64,000 bases of DNA from contig CAYYJS010000001.1 in assembly GCA_964472315.1 (NCBI GenBank), positions 60,046 to 124,045 of the forward strand. Reading direction: 5' to 3'. Positions 17,148 through 25,638 of this stretch are shown piece after piece (position 1 is the first letter of the stretch; each line of letters opens with the position of its first letter). The notes below the pieces were generated by a model, which worked only from the letters and a program-made list of their open reading frames with translations, had not been told where the DNA came from and searched no databases. A program made the translations under genes and the position numbers. Source of the stretch: an uncultured Victivallales bacterium (GTDB lineage: Bacteria; Verrucomicrobiota; Kiritimatiellia; UBA8416).

Positions 17148-18167
17148 ATGGACATCATTGGTACTCAGGTCACGCTGCCCTTCCGGCGGGCGTTCGCGAT
17201 TGCCGTGCGCGGCATCCGCATCCGTCTCGGCCGGTCGCTGGTGACGGTCTCGGGCGTGGTTCTCGGGATCGCCTTCCTGATGAGCAACCTGACCGCGCAG
17301 CTCGTCAAGACGGCCATCGGCGAGGAGCGCGGGCGGCGGCAGACCGTCGAGCTGATGATGAGTCAGGTCCGGGCGGAGGTTGGCACGGTCGAAGGCCGGA
17401 CGGTGGCCGTCGCGGTTTTCGGGCGGATCAGCGAGACCGAGCGCGCGTTCCTTGCCAGAGTCAAGGCCGGCGCGCCCGCGACCTTCCGGGCGATGGGCAT
17501 CGACATGGACGGGTTGACTCCCGCCACGGCACGCACCCTCGGGGAGGGCGCCGCGTTGCTCTTCGTGGTCGGCGATGCGGTGACGGTCTCCGCCTCGCTT
17601 GGCGAACTCGCCGGCGGCATGGCCGGCAGCGTCGTACTGGATACGGTGGCCTCCCGCACCTTCGCCGAGGGGACCGCCTCCGGGATCGGACGCGAACCCT
17701 TTTTCGGCCGGCAGGCCCGCGAGGAACAGGCCGAGATCGCGGAGGCGGCGCGCGAGGAACGCTTCCGGATCGCGTGGATCGTCGCGGTATCGCTCCTGGT
17801 CACGGTTGCGACCGTGGCCAATGCCCTGCTGATGTCGGTGACCGAGCGGTTCCGCGAGATCGGCGCCATGAAATGCCTGGGCGCCCTGTCCGCGTTCATC
17901 CGCACGCTGTTTCTCATCGAGAGCGCCCTGATTGGTCTGGTCGGGTCGCTGCTGGGCGTGTTGGCGGGTGCGTCGCTGACCCTCGCGATCTACGGCCTGA
18001 CGTACCGGTTCGGCCTGATCTTCGGTTCCGTCGACTATGGGTGGTTGGCCTGCGCGGCCGCGGGCGCCGTCGCCTGCGGCACGGCGATGGCCATGATCGC
18101 GGCGATCTACCCGGCACGGGTGGCGGCCCGCATGATGCCGGCGGCGGCTTTGCGAAGCACGGTGTGA
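17148..18167 (+). CDS. Small FtsX-like ABC permease
   Basis: IRIRLGRSLVT N-terminus; NALLMSVTERFREIGAMKCLGA..AFIRTLFLIES; C-terminal YPARVAARMMPAAALRS. Confidence 0.85.
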   Translation: MDIIGTQVTLPFRRAFAIAVRGIRIRLGRSLVTVSGVVLGIAFLMSNLTAQLVKTAIGEERGRRQTVELMMSQVRAEVGTVEGRTVAVAVFGRISETERAFLARVKAGAPATFRAMGIDMDGLTPATARTLGEGAALLFVVGDAVTVSASLGELAGGMAGSVVLDTVASRTFAEGTASGIGREPFFGRQAREEQAEIAEAAREERFRIAWIVAVSLLVTVATVANALLMSVTERFREIGAMKCLGALSAFIRTLFLIESALIGLVGSLLGVLAGASLTLAIYGLTYRFGLIFGSVDYGWLACAAAGAVACGTAMAMIAAIYPARVAARMMPAAALRSTV

Positions 18168-18174
18168 GAACAAG

Positions 18175-18957
18175 ATGACCACGGACAGTCAATGGCATGC
18201 CCTCTTTCGCGGCGAGCACGAAGCCGGCAAGTTGGACCATGTGATCCGGGCGGTCGACGTTCGCAAGGTGTACCGGATGGGTGACGGTGAAACCCATGCC
18301 CTGGCGGGGGTGTCGCTGGACGTTCGGCGCGGCGAGTACCTGTCCATCATGGGGCCGTCGGGTTCGGGGAAGAGCACCTTCTTCAACATGGTCGGCGGGC
18401 TCGATAAACCGACGTCCGGGAAGGTCTACATCGACCAGGTCGACATCGCCCAACTCGACCCGTACGAGCTTGCCTGGCTGCGCTGCCGGAAGGTCGGGTA
18501 CATCTTCCAGACCTTCAACCTGATCCAGGTGATGTCGTGCCTGGAGAACGTGACGTTGCCGATGGCGTTTGCCGGCATGGACAGCGACGACGCGCGGGAC
18601 AAAGCCGTCGACATTCTGAAGCGCGTCGGTCTTGGCGACCGCGCCCTGCACAAGCCGGCCGAGATGTCCGGCGGACAGCAGCAGCGCGTGGCCATCGCGC
18701 GCGCGCTGGCGAACGATCCCGATATCCTGCTCGCCGACGAACCGACCGGCAATCTCGACCTCAAGACCGGCGAAGAAATCATCGCGTTATTCTCCAATCT
18801 CCGCGAGGAACTGGGCGTGACGATCGTCACGGCGACGCATGACCTGAAGATGCTCAAGACATCGGATCGGATCGTGTGGATCGAGGACGGGTTGATCGCG
18901 CGGATCAGTACGCCGGAGGCCATGGGCATCGAGGTCGAAGAGGTTGGAGGGAGGTAG
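18175..18957 (+). CDS. ABC transporter ATP-binding protein (LolD/MacB-like) 1
   Basis: Walker A GPSGSGKST, Q-loop IFQTFNL, signature MSGGQQQR, Walker B ILLADEPTGNLD, H-loop ATHD. Confidence 0.95.
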   Translation: MTTDSQWHALFRGEHEAGKLDHVIRAVDVRKVYRMGDGETHALAGVSLDVRRGEYLSIMGPSGSGKSTFFNMVGGLDKPTSGKVYIDQVDIAQLDPYELAWLRCRKVGYIFQTFNLIQVMSCLENVTLPMAFAGMDSDDARDKAVDILKRVGLGDRALHKPAEMSGGQQQRVAIARALANDPDILLADEPTGNLDLKTGEEIIALFSNLREELGVTIVTATHDLKMLKTSDRIVWIEDGLIARISTPEAMGIEVEEVGGR

Positions 18958-18962
18958 CGCCG

Positions 18963-19349
18963 ATGTCCCGACCCCGCAGGAACAAGCAGACGCCGCGCCC
19001 CGCGATCCGTGACCCGTTCGCGGTGGTGCCGCTGATCGCCGACCGTGTGGACATGCGCTTCGATAGCGCCGGTCACGCCCATCTGCGTCTGCGGCCGGCA
19101 CTCGGGGGACTGCGCGGGAAGGTGGCGGCATGGTTGCGGTACGACTACGCGCGCAAGGTACAGTTGGACGACTGTGGAACGCTGTTCATGGGCATGGTCG
19201 ACGGCCGCAACCGGCTGCGCGACATCGTCGAGCGCATGGCCGCCGATTCGGGCAAGGACCGCAAGGATGTCGAAGAAGGCGTCATCGTGTTCACCAGGAA
19301 GCTGATGACCATGAACATGCTCGTGTTGCGGGTCGAAGACAAGGAGTAG
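18963..19349 (+). CDS. PqqD-family protein (RiPP recognition element fold)
   Basis: RKVQLDDCGTLFMGMVDGRNRLRDIVERMA...VIVFTRKLMTMNML matches the PqqD pattern; start ATG 18963 after GGAGG. Confidence 0.75.
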   Translation: MSRPRRNKQTPRPAIRDPFAVVPLIADRVDMRFDSAGHAHLRLRPALGGLRGKVAAWLRYDYARKVQLDDCGTLFMGMVDGRNRLRDIVERMAADSGKDRKDVEEGVIVFTRKLMTMNMLVLRVEDKE

Positions 19350-19352
19350 GGG

Positions 19353-20111
19353 ATGGCTGCCAGCGTCATAGCGCGTGTGTGCGATGTAACCCGCCGGTAT
19401 CGGCTGGGAGGCGGGGACGTCCGGGCGCTCGACGGCGTGTCGATGGACATCTACGAGGGCGAGTATCTATCCATCATGGGGCCATCCGGTTCGGGTAAGA
19501 GCACGCTTTTCAACATGATCGGCGCGCTGGACGTGCCCACCTCCGGCGCCATCGAGTTCATGGGAACCGATCTATTCTCGCTGCCGGAGGCGAAGCAGGC
19601 GTGGATTCGCTGCAACCAGATCGGCTACATCTTCCAGACGTTCAACCTGATCATGGCGATGACCGCGTTGGAGAACGTCACGCTGCCGATGCTGTTGCGC
19701 GACGACCCCCCGGCGCGGGCCGATGCGCGCGGCAAGGAGATTCTCGATCGCGTGGGCCTGGCCCACCGCCTGCATCACCTGCCCGACCAGCTTTCCGGAG
19801 GCCAGCGCCAGCGCGTGGCCATCGCGCGGGCCCTGGCCAACAACCCGAAGGTCATCCTCGCGGACGAACCCACGGGGAACCTCGACGCCAAGACCGGGCA
19901 GGAGATCATCGACCTGCTGCACCGGTTGCGGCGGGAGCGGAACGTCACGATCGTCACCGCGACCCACGACGCCAAGATGCTCCGGATATCCGACCGCATC
20001 GCATGGATGCGCGACGGCAAACTGGAGCGTATCGAAAAGCGCGAGGAGTTCCGGATCAAGGTCGGAGGGATGAAGGCGAACATGTGCCCGGAATGCTGGG
20101 GACCGGACTGA
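19353..20111 (+). CDS. ABC transporter ATP-binding protein (LolD/MacB-like) 2
   Basis: GPSGSGKST, IFQTFNL, LSGGQRQR, ILADEPTGNLD, ATHD. Confidence 0.95.
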   Translation: MAASVIARVCDVTRRYRLGGGDVRALDGVSMDIYEGEYLSIMGPSGSGKSTLFNMIGALDVPTSGAIEFMGTDLFSLPEAKQAWIRCNQIGYIFQTFNLIMAMTALENVTLPMLLRDDPPARADARGKEILDRVGLAHRLHHLPDQLSGGQRQRVAIARALANNPKVILADEPTGNLDAKTGQEIIDLLHRLRRERNVTIVTATHDAKMLRISDRIAWMRDGKLERIEKREEFRIKVGGMKANMCPECWGPD

Positions 20112-20177
20112 CCTGGTTGACCGGACTGACCTGGTGTGTTGACCCTATTGCCAATGTGGTCAATAAGGTCAACAAGG
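20101..20177. repeat. Tandem 18-bp repeat (GACCGGACTGACCTGGTT/G x2) followed by counter-oriented 9-bp units (GGTCAATAA GGTCAACAA)
   Basis: Directly visible; the first unit contains the ATPase stop codon. Confidence 0.6.
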
Positions 20178-20198
20178 GCATTTCTCACTTTGTTGCGC

Positions 20199-20340
20199 TC
20201 ATGCCGGCCGCGTTCCTTTGCAGTTCGGGAAGGCGGAGCAGCCCCAGAAATCGCCCTTCGCGGACTTCCGCTGGCGCATGGGCTTGCCGCACTGGGGGCA
20301 GTCGGGCGCCTCGGCGGCCTTTTGTTCTTCGCGCGCCCTA
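20199..20340 (-). pseudogene. Start-less C-terminal fragment with a topoisomerase-type C4 zinc finger (as on four-helix-bundle suffix proteins)
   Basis: Manual translation gives RAREEQKAAEAPDCPQCGKPMRQRKSAKGDFWGCSAFPNCKGTRPA*. There is an in-frame stop upstream (about 20391-20393) and no start codon ahead of the finger. Not in the ORF track. Confidence 0.65.
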
Positions 20341-20569
20341 CTTCGCGAATATCGTCCACTGGTTCGCGACCTCGGCGAACTGCGAGCGGTTCATGCGGTG
20401 GAGCGGTTCCGATCCGACGATGTACGTCGTATGCGCCGTGGCGCTGTTCCTCTCCGCGGGTGCGCAGTGGATCGTGACGGGGGCGAGGGGCCGGGCAAAC
20501 GGAGCGCGCGGCCGGCACGTGTAACGGATTCCTGTTGCCGATGCGTGGCGATTCTGCAATCGTTCCCGC

Positions 20570-21079
20570 ATGAATTCTGCGAGGTCGATGCGGTGGCGTT
20601 CGGGGGTGGGGTTGCTCTGTGTGGCGGTCACGCTGGCCGGCGGGTGCGCGACGTTCACGCGGGTACGGTTCGAGGTGGATCCGTCGGGTCTGGACTACGT
20701 GCAGTTCGTCCAGCACAACCGGATGGCGGACGGACGCCTGTACACGGTGAAGCTGGAACTGCAGGGCAGCGGGTTGCTGACCTACCAGGCCGGGACGAGC
20801 GAGCGTGCGCGCAGCGGGCTCTGGCAATCGCCGGACGATCCGACGTGGCAGGACCTGCGGACCGACCGGAAAGTGTTGCCGGCGGAGACGACGCGCGACG
20901 CCCTGCAGCGTATCGTGGATGCCGGCGCCTTCGACCGTGACCGCGACCTGAACCCCGACGGCCTGGAGCACCCGCTTTTCGTTCAGGCGCGCATCGGGTC
21001 CGAGCGCCGCATTTTCGTGACCGGCGAGTCCTCGTTCACCGCGATCTACAACGCGTTGCTGCAGCAGCTTGTCCGTTGA
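20570..21079 (+). CDS. Hypothetical lipoprotein
   Basis: Signal peptide with lipobox (VAVTLAGG-C); the true start may be 20588. Confidence 0.7.
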   Translation: MNSARSMRWRSGVGLLCVAVTLAGGCATFTRVRFEVDPSGLDYVQFVQHNRMADGRLYTVKLELQGSGLLTYQAGTSERARSGLWQSPDDPTWQDLRTDRKVLPAETTRDALQRIVDAGAFDRDRDLNPDGLEHPLFVQARIGSERRIFVTGESSFTAIYNALLQQLVR

Positions 21080-21140
21080 TTGGAACGCGCCGGAGTCGCC
21101 GTTTCCGACGGGTTGACCGGGTCCGGCGTCGGGGTGGGGT

Positions 21141-21803
21141 TCAGGGGGCGCTTCGCCGCCGGCGGCGCATGAGCGACAAGGCCAGACCGGGCAGCAGCAG
21201 CGATGCCGCGAACGCCGGGATGAAGGCATGGGTGTCGCGGGCGCAGGCGCCGACCGTGGCGTAGGCCAGCGATATGCCCGTGTTGGCCAGCGTCGCGAAG
21301 ATGGCGAATTGACGCGGATCGGACCGCAGCATGCCGAGAAAGATCACGGAGGCTTCCGCCAGTACCGGCACGGGGCGGGCGACGATGAGCATGCCGTTGC
21401 GGTAGCGTTCGTTCCAAACCTCGAGACGTTTCAGATCGGCGGCGCCGACGAGCCTTTCGGCGAGGGGGCGTCCGCCATGGCGTCCGACCCAGTATCCGAT
21501 GGCGCAACTCGCGGTCATGCCGACGAGCGAGGTCAGCGCGCCGAGCGGGATGCCGAGCCACAGGCCGCACAGGGTGCTCACGACGCTGGACGGAACCGGC
21601 AACAGGATGTCGGAGGCCAGGGCGCCGGCGAGCAGCGCGGCCAGGCCCATCCGGTTGCCGGCGCCGGCCTCGATGAGTTGCTCGATTCCGGCCTCCAGTT
21701 GCGGCCCGGCGATCAGGAACGGCATGAGGATGATGCCGAAGAGGATCGCCCCCAGCAGGAGGCGTCGGATCGGACGCGGGCGTGCGGAAGACTCGTCCGG
21801 CAT
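21141..21803 (-). CDS. DedA/VTT (TVP38/SNARE-associated) membrane protein
   Basis: LASDILLPVPSS, GYWVGRHGG, VARPVPVLAEAS motifs. Confidence 0.85.
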   Translation of the reverse strand: MPDESSARPRPIRRLLLGAILFGIILMPFLIAGPQLEAGIEQLIEAGAGNRMGLAALLAGALASDILLPVPSSVVSTLCGLWLGIPLGALTSLVGMTASCAIGYWVGRHGGRPLAERLVGAADLKRLEVWNERYRNGMLIVARPVPVLAEASVIFLGMLRSDPRQFAIFATLANTGISLAYATVGACARDTHAFIPAFAASLLLPGLALSLMRRRRRSAP

Positions 21804-21810
21804 GGTGGTG

Positions 21811-22806
21811 TCACTCCGGCTTGCGCGCGCTGACGAGCCAGTGCGGCATGGGTGGCGGCATCGCCCGGCGTCGGCAGTCCACGAACCCCGCGTCGGTCAG
21901 CCAGTCGGTCATTTCCGAGTCCGAGAAGACCCATCCGTTGTTCGTCGTCAGGGCCATGTTGACGGCGAACAGCGCCGAAAATCGCGGTTGGGTATGCGTG
22001 GCGTCGGTCATCATGTCGAGCACATGCACGACGCCGCCGGGCGTCAGCGCGGCGTAGGCCCGTTGCAGCAATCGGCGAATGGCATCGGGGGATTCCTGAT
22101 GCAGGACCCCGAAGAAGATCACGGCATCCTGGTCGTCGGGGAACGGGGTCGCATGGTAGTCGCCGGGGCATGTCCGGACGCGCTCGCCCATGCCGGCTTG
22201 CGCGATGAGTTCGTCGGCGACCCTGACGATGCCGGGCAGATCGATCACCGTGCAGGTCATGTGCGGGTTGGCCTGGGCGATCAGGACGGCATAGGTGCCG
22301 GGGCCGCCGCCGACATCGAGCAGGCGCCGCCGCCCGCGCAGGTCCAGGTTTGGCACGACGGCGCGCCCGATGCCCAGCGCGCGGCCGTGCATGGCGAGGA
22401 CGAAGGTGCGTGTGCGGGCCTCGTCCATCCCGAGATGCACGGCGGGCGGTTCCACCGGTTTGCCCGTGCGTACGAAGTCGGCGGCGCGGCCCCATGCCGC
22501 ATAGACATCGCGGTTGTACCGGATCGCGCCGCTCAGGTCGCCCGGTGCGCCCGGCGTCAGGAATGCCGACGCTTCGGGCGCGTTGCGATAGCGGTCATCC
22601 TCTTTCACGACCAAATCGAGCGCGGCGCAGGCATCGAGCAGCAGTCGTGTGCCGCGCGGGTTCAGCGCGCCGTGGCGGGCCACGTCGTCGGCGGTCGCGC
22701 CGGGATGCTCCGCGAGCAGCCCGAAGACGCCGAGGTCCGAGGCGGCGAACAGCACGCCGGACGCGTAGAAGGCCGAAGCCATGTCGGTGATCTTGTTCGG
22801 ATCCAT
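21811..22806 (-). CDS. SAM-dependent O-methyltransferase (family 2, with dimerisation domain)
   Basis: N-terminal wHTH dimerisation region; LLDVGGGPG, VIDLP, PGDYH, LTPGG. Confidence 0.9.
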   Translation of the reverse strand: MDPNKITDMASAFYASGVLFAASDLGVFGLLAEHPGATADDVARHGALNPRGTRLLLDACAALDLVVKEDDRYRNAPEASAFLTPGAPGDLSGAIRYNRDVYAAWGRAADFVRTGKPVEPPAVHLGMDEARTRTFVLAMHGRALGIGRAVVPNLDLRGRRRLLDVGGGPGTYAVLIAQANPHMTCTVIDLPGIVRVADELIAQAGMGERVRTCPGDYHATPFPDDQDAVIFFGVLHQESPDAIRRLLQRAYAALTPGGVVHVLDMMTDATHTQPRFSALFAVNMALTTNNGWVFSDSEMTDWLTDAGFVDCRRRAMPPPMPHWLVSARKPE

Positions 22807-22890
22807 GGCTGCGCATCGTAGTCGCCGGTCCGGCCGATGTCGATTCGCGAGTGACGCAATCGAGGCGCGCCGGGCGCAACGGCGACTCGG

Positions 22891-23931
22891 TCAGTGCGTG
22901 TGGGCGGTTGCCCCGCGGTCGGGCGCGACCAACCGCTTGAGGGATGGCCAGAGTAGAACGCCGAGCAGGGCGGCGACGCAGGTCCAGCGGACGATGGCGG
23001 GCAGTTCGTCATGGCAGGCGGCGGTGATTTGCGCCCCCGTGCCGGCGTAGATGGCGTCGAGCGCGAGGCCGGAGACAATGGACGTGACGGCGACGGTGCC
23101 GACATAAACAAACGTGGCGGCGCGTCCCAGCATCTTCCAGAGCGTACTGATGGTGGCGGCGTTCGTCGCCGGGCCGGCGATCAGAAAGACCAGCGCCGCA
23201 CCCGGGGAGACGCCCTTCGCGATCAGCGCGGCGGCGATCGGCACCGAGGCCGTCGCACAGACATAGACGGGTATCCCTAAGGCCATCATCACGAACATGG
23301 CGCCGATGCCGGTGCCGATGGCGCCCGCAAAAAAGTCATCCGGCACGACGGCGGCGATGCCGCCGGCCACGAGCAGACCGAGCAGCAGCGAGACGCCGAT
23401 ATCCTTCGGCAGGTCGACAAACCCATAGCGAATGGCGCGCCGCCACGCGGGCGCATGGGCGCTCTCCTTGTCGCAGCAACTGGACGTGCAGGCCGGAACG
23501 GCGGGGGCGTCGGCGATCTTCTCCGGAATCATGTTGGCCAGAATGCCGCCGATGATACCCGAGACAAAGGCGGCGACGGCGCGGAACAGGGCGAAGACCC
23601 AGCCGAGGAGACTGACCGTAACCAGAATGCTGTCGATGCCGGTCTGCGGCGTGGACAGCAGGAAAGCCATCGTTGCGCCGCGGCCCGCGCCATGTCGGCG
23701 GAGCGACGCGGTCACGGGGATCACGCTGCACGAGCACAACGGCAGCGGCACGCCGAGCAGCGAGGCCTTGAGCACCGCGCCCAGGCGACGCTGCCCAAGG
23801 TGTCGTTCGACGAAAGCCGGTGACAGGAAGACCGACAACAGGCCCGCGATCGCGAAGCCGAATAACAGATATGGCGCCATGGCTTCCAGAGTACTCCAGA
23901 GGCTGGCTAGAAAGTGCGTTGCGAGGCTCAT
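22891..23931 (-). CDS. Permease, DUF318/ArsP (SO_0444-like metal efflux) family
   Basis: PLPLCSCSVIP, FLLSTPQTG, PVYVCATASVPIA, FLIAGPATN; CTSSCC loop. Confidence 0.88.
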   Translation of the reverse strand: MSLATHFLASLWSTLEAMAPYLLFGFAIAGLLSVFLSPAFVERHLGQRRLGAVLKASLLGVPLPLCSCSVIPVTASLRRHGAGRGATMAFLLSTPQTGIDSILVTVSLLGWVFALFRAVAAFVSGIIGGILANMIPEKIADAPAVPACTSSCCDKESAHAPAWRRAIRYGFVDLPKDIGVSLLLGLLVAGGIAAVVPDDFFAGAIGTGIGAMFVMMALGIPVYVCATASVPIAAALIAKGVSPGAALVFLIAGPATNAATISTLWKMLGRAATFVYVGTVAVTSIVSGLALDAIYAGTGAQITAACHDELPAIVRWTCVAALLGVLLWPSLKRLVAPDRGATAHTH

Positions 23932-23981
23932 GGCATCATCCTTTCCGGGTCACTGCCCGTCGTTCCGCAACTATATTGCCG

Positions 23982-24430
23982 ACAACGATTTGTGGCTACA
24001 AGGTTCATTTGTGAACAACCCTCGTTCATCGCTTCGCCCACGGGCGCCCGGCCCGGAATGGCCGCCGCCGTCGCCTCGCGCGCCGTTCCGGTTTGGCGCG
24101 ATCCGCCGAATTGGAGTGCGCGCGGATATTCTCCATCTCACTAAGCAATTGTACAACAAATCGTTGTGAATGCTACAAGAATAGCATCATATTAGCGCCA
24201 AGGCGGGAGCAGGGCTCCTGCTTCGGGGTGGTGGTCGTGTGGCGGTCGGTCGGCGCCTCGTGCGGGCAGTACAACCGGGCTCTTGTGAACAAGTTATTAA
24301 CACAGGTGTGAGCAGGTCGGGGGATGTGCCGGAGGAGAAGCCGGAAGCGGAAGGTCGGACCAAGGTCGGAGCGAGCGGTTCGGGGATGTTGACGGTGACC
24401 GTGCAAGGCTGCTAAACAAGTAAATTCACA
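23982..24430. promoter_or_regulatory. Relatively AT-rich divergent intergenic region with DnaA-box-like 9-mers and IHF-like inverted repeats
   Basis: TGTGAACAA at 24010 and 24284, TTATTAACA at 24294, TGTGAATGC at 24165, AAATTCACA at 24422; ACAACGATTTGT at 23982 and its reverse complement ending at 24167. Confidence 0.45.
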
Positions 24431-24487
24431 CATGCCCTGTGGAGGCGCTGCGTATAACGCCGGGGCGGGCGTATTCAGGGAGATGCG

Positions 24488-25561
24488 ATGACGATGAAAA
24501 AGTTGCGTGTCGGCGTAATCGGTCTTGGAATGGGAAAGGCGCACATCAAGGGATACCAGAAGCATGCGATGGCCGAAGTGGTGGCGGTGGCCGATCTGGA
24601 CCGGAAGCGGCTGGATGCCGCGAAACTGGAGTTTGCGATCCCGAGCGTTTACACGTCGGCCGACGAGATGCTGGCGAAAGAGTCGCTGGACGTGGTGAGC
24701 GTCGCGACGCCGAACACGTTTCATAAGCCGCTCACGCTGGCGGCTCTGAAGGCCGGCGCCCACGTGCTGTGCGAGAAGCCCATGGCCATGGATGCCGGCG
24801 AGGCGCGCGACATGCGCGCGGCGGCCGAAGCGGCCGGCCGCCGGCTCATGATCAACTTCTCGTTCCGTTTCACGCCGCAGTCCTGGGCGCTGAAGCGGGA
24901 GGTCGACGGTGGCCTTCTCGGCGACGTCTACTTCGCACAGACGCGCTGGCTGCGTCGGCGCGGCATGCCCGGATTCGGCGGCTGGTTCGGTCAGAAGGCG
25001 CTCGCCGGCGGCGGCCCGCTGATCGACCTCGGCGTGCACCGTATCGACCTCGCCTTGTGGTTGATGGGGTATCCGGAACCCGACTGGGTGATGGGCGCGA
25101 CGTACAACCACATCGCCGCCGCGCGGGCCAAAGCCGAGGGCAAGGCGTTCGACGTCGAGGACTTCGCGACGGCGCTCATCCGCTTCAAGAACGGCGCGAC
25201 GCTCGATGTGCAGGCGTCCTGGGCCGGCAACATCAAGCAGCGCGAGCTCATGGAAACCCGGTTGCTGGGGACGGCCGGCGGCCTGCTGCAGCACAATGTC
25301 GGCGAAGGCTACGATTTCGAGGCCGAGATGTATATCGAGCGCAACGGCTGCCAGTTCGATCTCATCCCGCACGCGCCGATCCCGAACGTCGGCTCGGCCA
25401 TGGAGCATTTCATCGAGTCCATCGTGACCGGCGTGCCGCACGTGGCGACGGCGGACGAGGGCGTCACAGTCATGGACCTGCTGGACGCGATCTACGCGAG
25501 CGCCGCGCAGGGCAAGCCCGTCCACATCGGGGCCCGGACCGCGGCGGCCGCGGGGCATTGA
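24488..25561 (+). CDS. Gfo/Idh/MocA family NAD(P)-dependent oxidoreductase
   Basis: VGVIGLGMG, VATPNTFH, HVLCEKPMA, AGGGPLIDLGVHRID. Confidence 0.93.
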   Translation: MTMKKLRVGVIGLGMGKAHIKGYQKHAMAEVVAVADLDRKRLDAAKLEFAIPSVYTSADEMLAKESLDVVSVATPNTFHKPLTLAALKAGAHVLCEKPMAMDAGEARDMRAAAEAAGRRLMINFSFRFTPQSWALKREVDGGLLGDVYFAQTRWLRRRGMPGFGGWFGQKALAGGGPLIDLGVHRIDLALWLMGYPEPDWVMGATYNHIAAARAKAEGKAFDVEDFATALIRFKNGATLDVQASWAGNIKQRELMETRLLGTAGGLLQHNVGEGYDFEAEMYIERNGCQFDLIPHAPIPNVGSAMEHFIESIVTGVPHVATADEGVTVMDLLDAIYASAAQGKPVHIGARTAAAAGH

Positions 25562-25575
25562 GGCGGCGCCATCCG

Positions 25576-25604
25576 TTGCCCGGACGGCGGCGCCGTCCGG
25601 GCAA
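25576..25604. terminator. Perfect 14-bp inverted repeat between convergent genes (possible bidirectional terminator or REP)
   Basis: TTGCCCGGACGGCG-G-CGCCGTCCGGGCAA; no clear U-tract. Confidence 0.5.
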
Positions 25605-25638
25605 TCGATAGCGCTCCTGCCACCGGTCGCCGGGGCGG

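Noticed and set aside
8658-17158. Long minus-strand ORFs (8658..10523, 11223..13550, 15671..17158)
   Set aside because: Antisense to the transporter operon, with no recognisable domains.
18963-19349. PQQ biosynthesis or RiPP cluster suggested by PqqD plus PQQ-like propellers
   Set aside because: No pqqA/B/C/E, radical SAM or precursor peptide; the propellers are BamB-like repeats with no evident quinoprotein dehydrogenase motifs.
20101-20177. Possible mini-CRISPR array
   Set aside because: Units are adjacent 18-bp tandem copies with no spacers, and there are no cas genes in the window.
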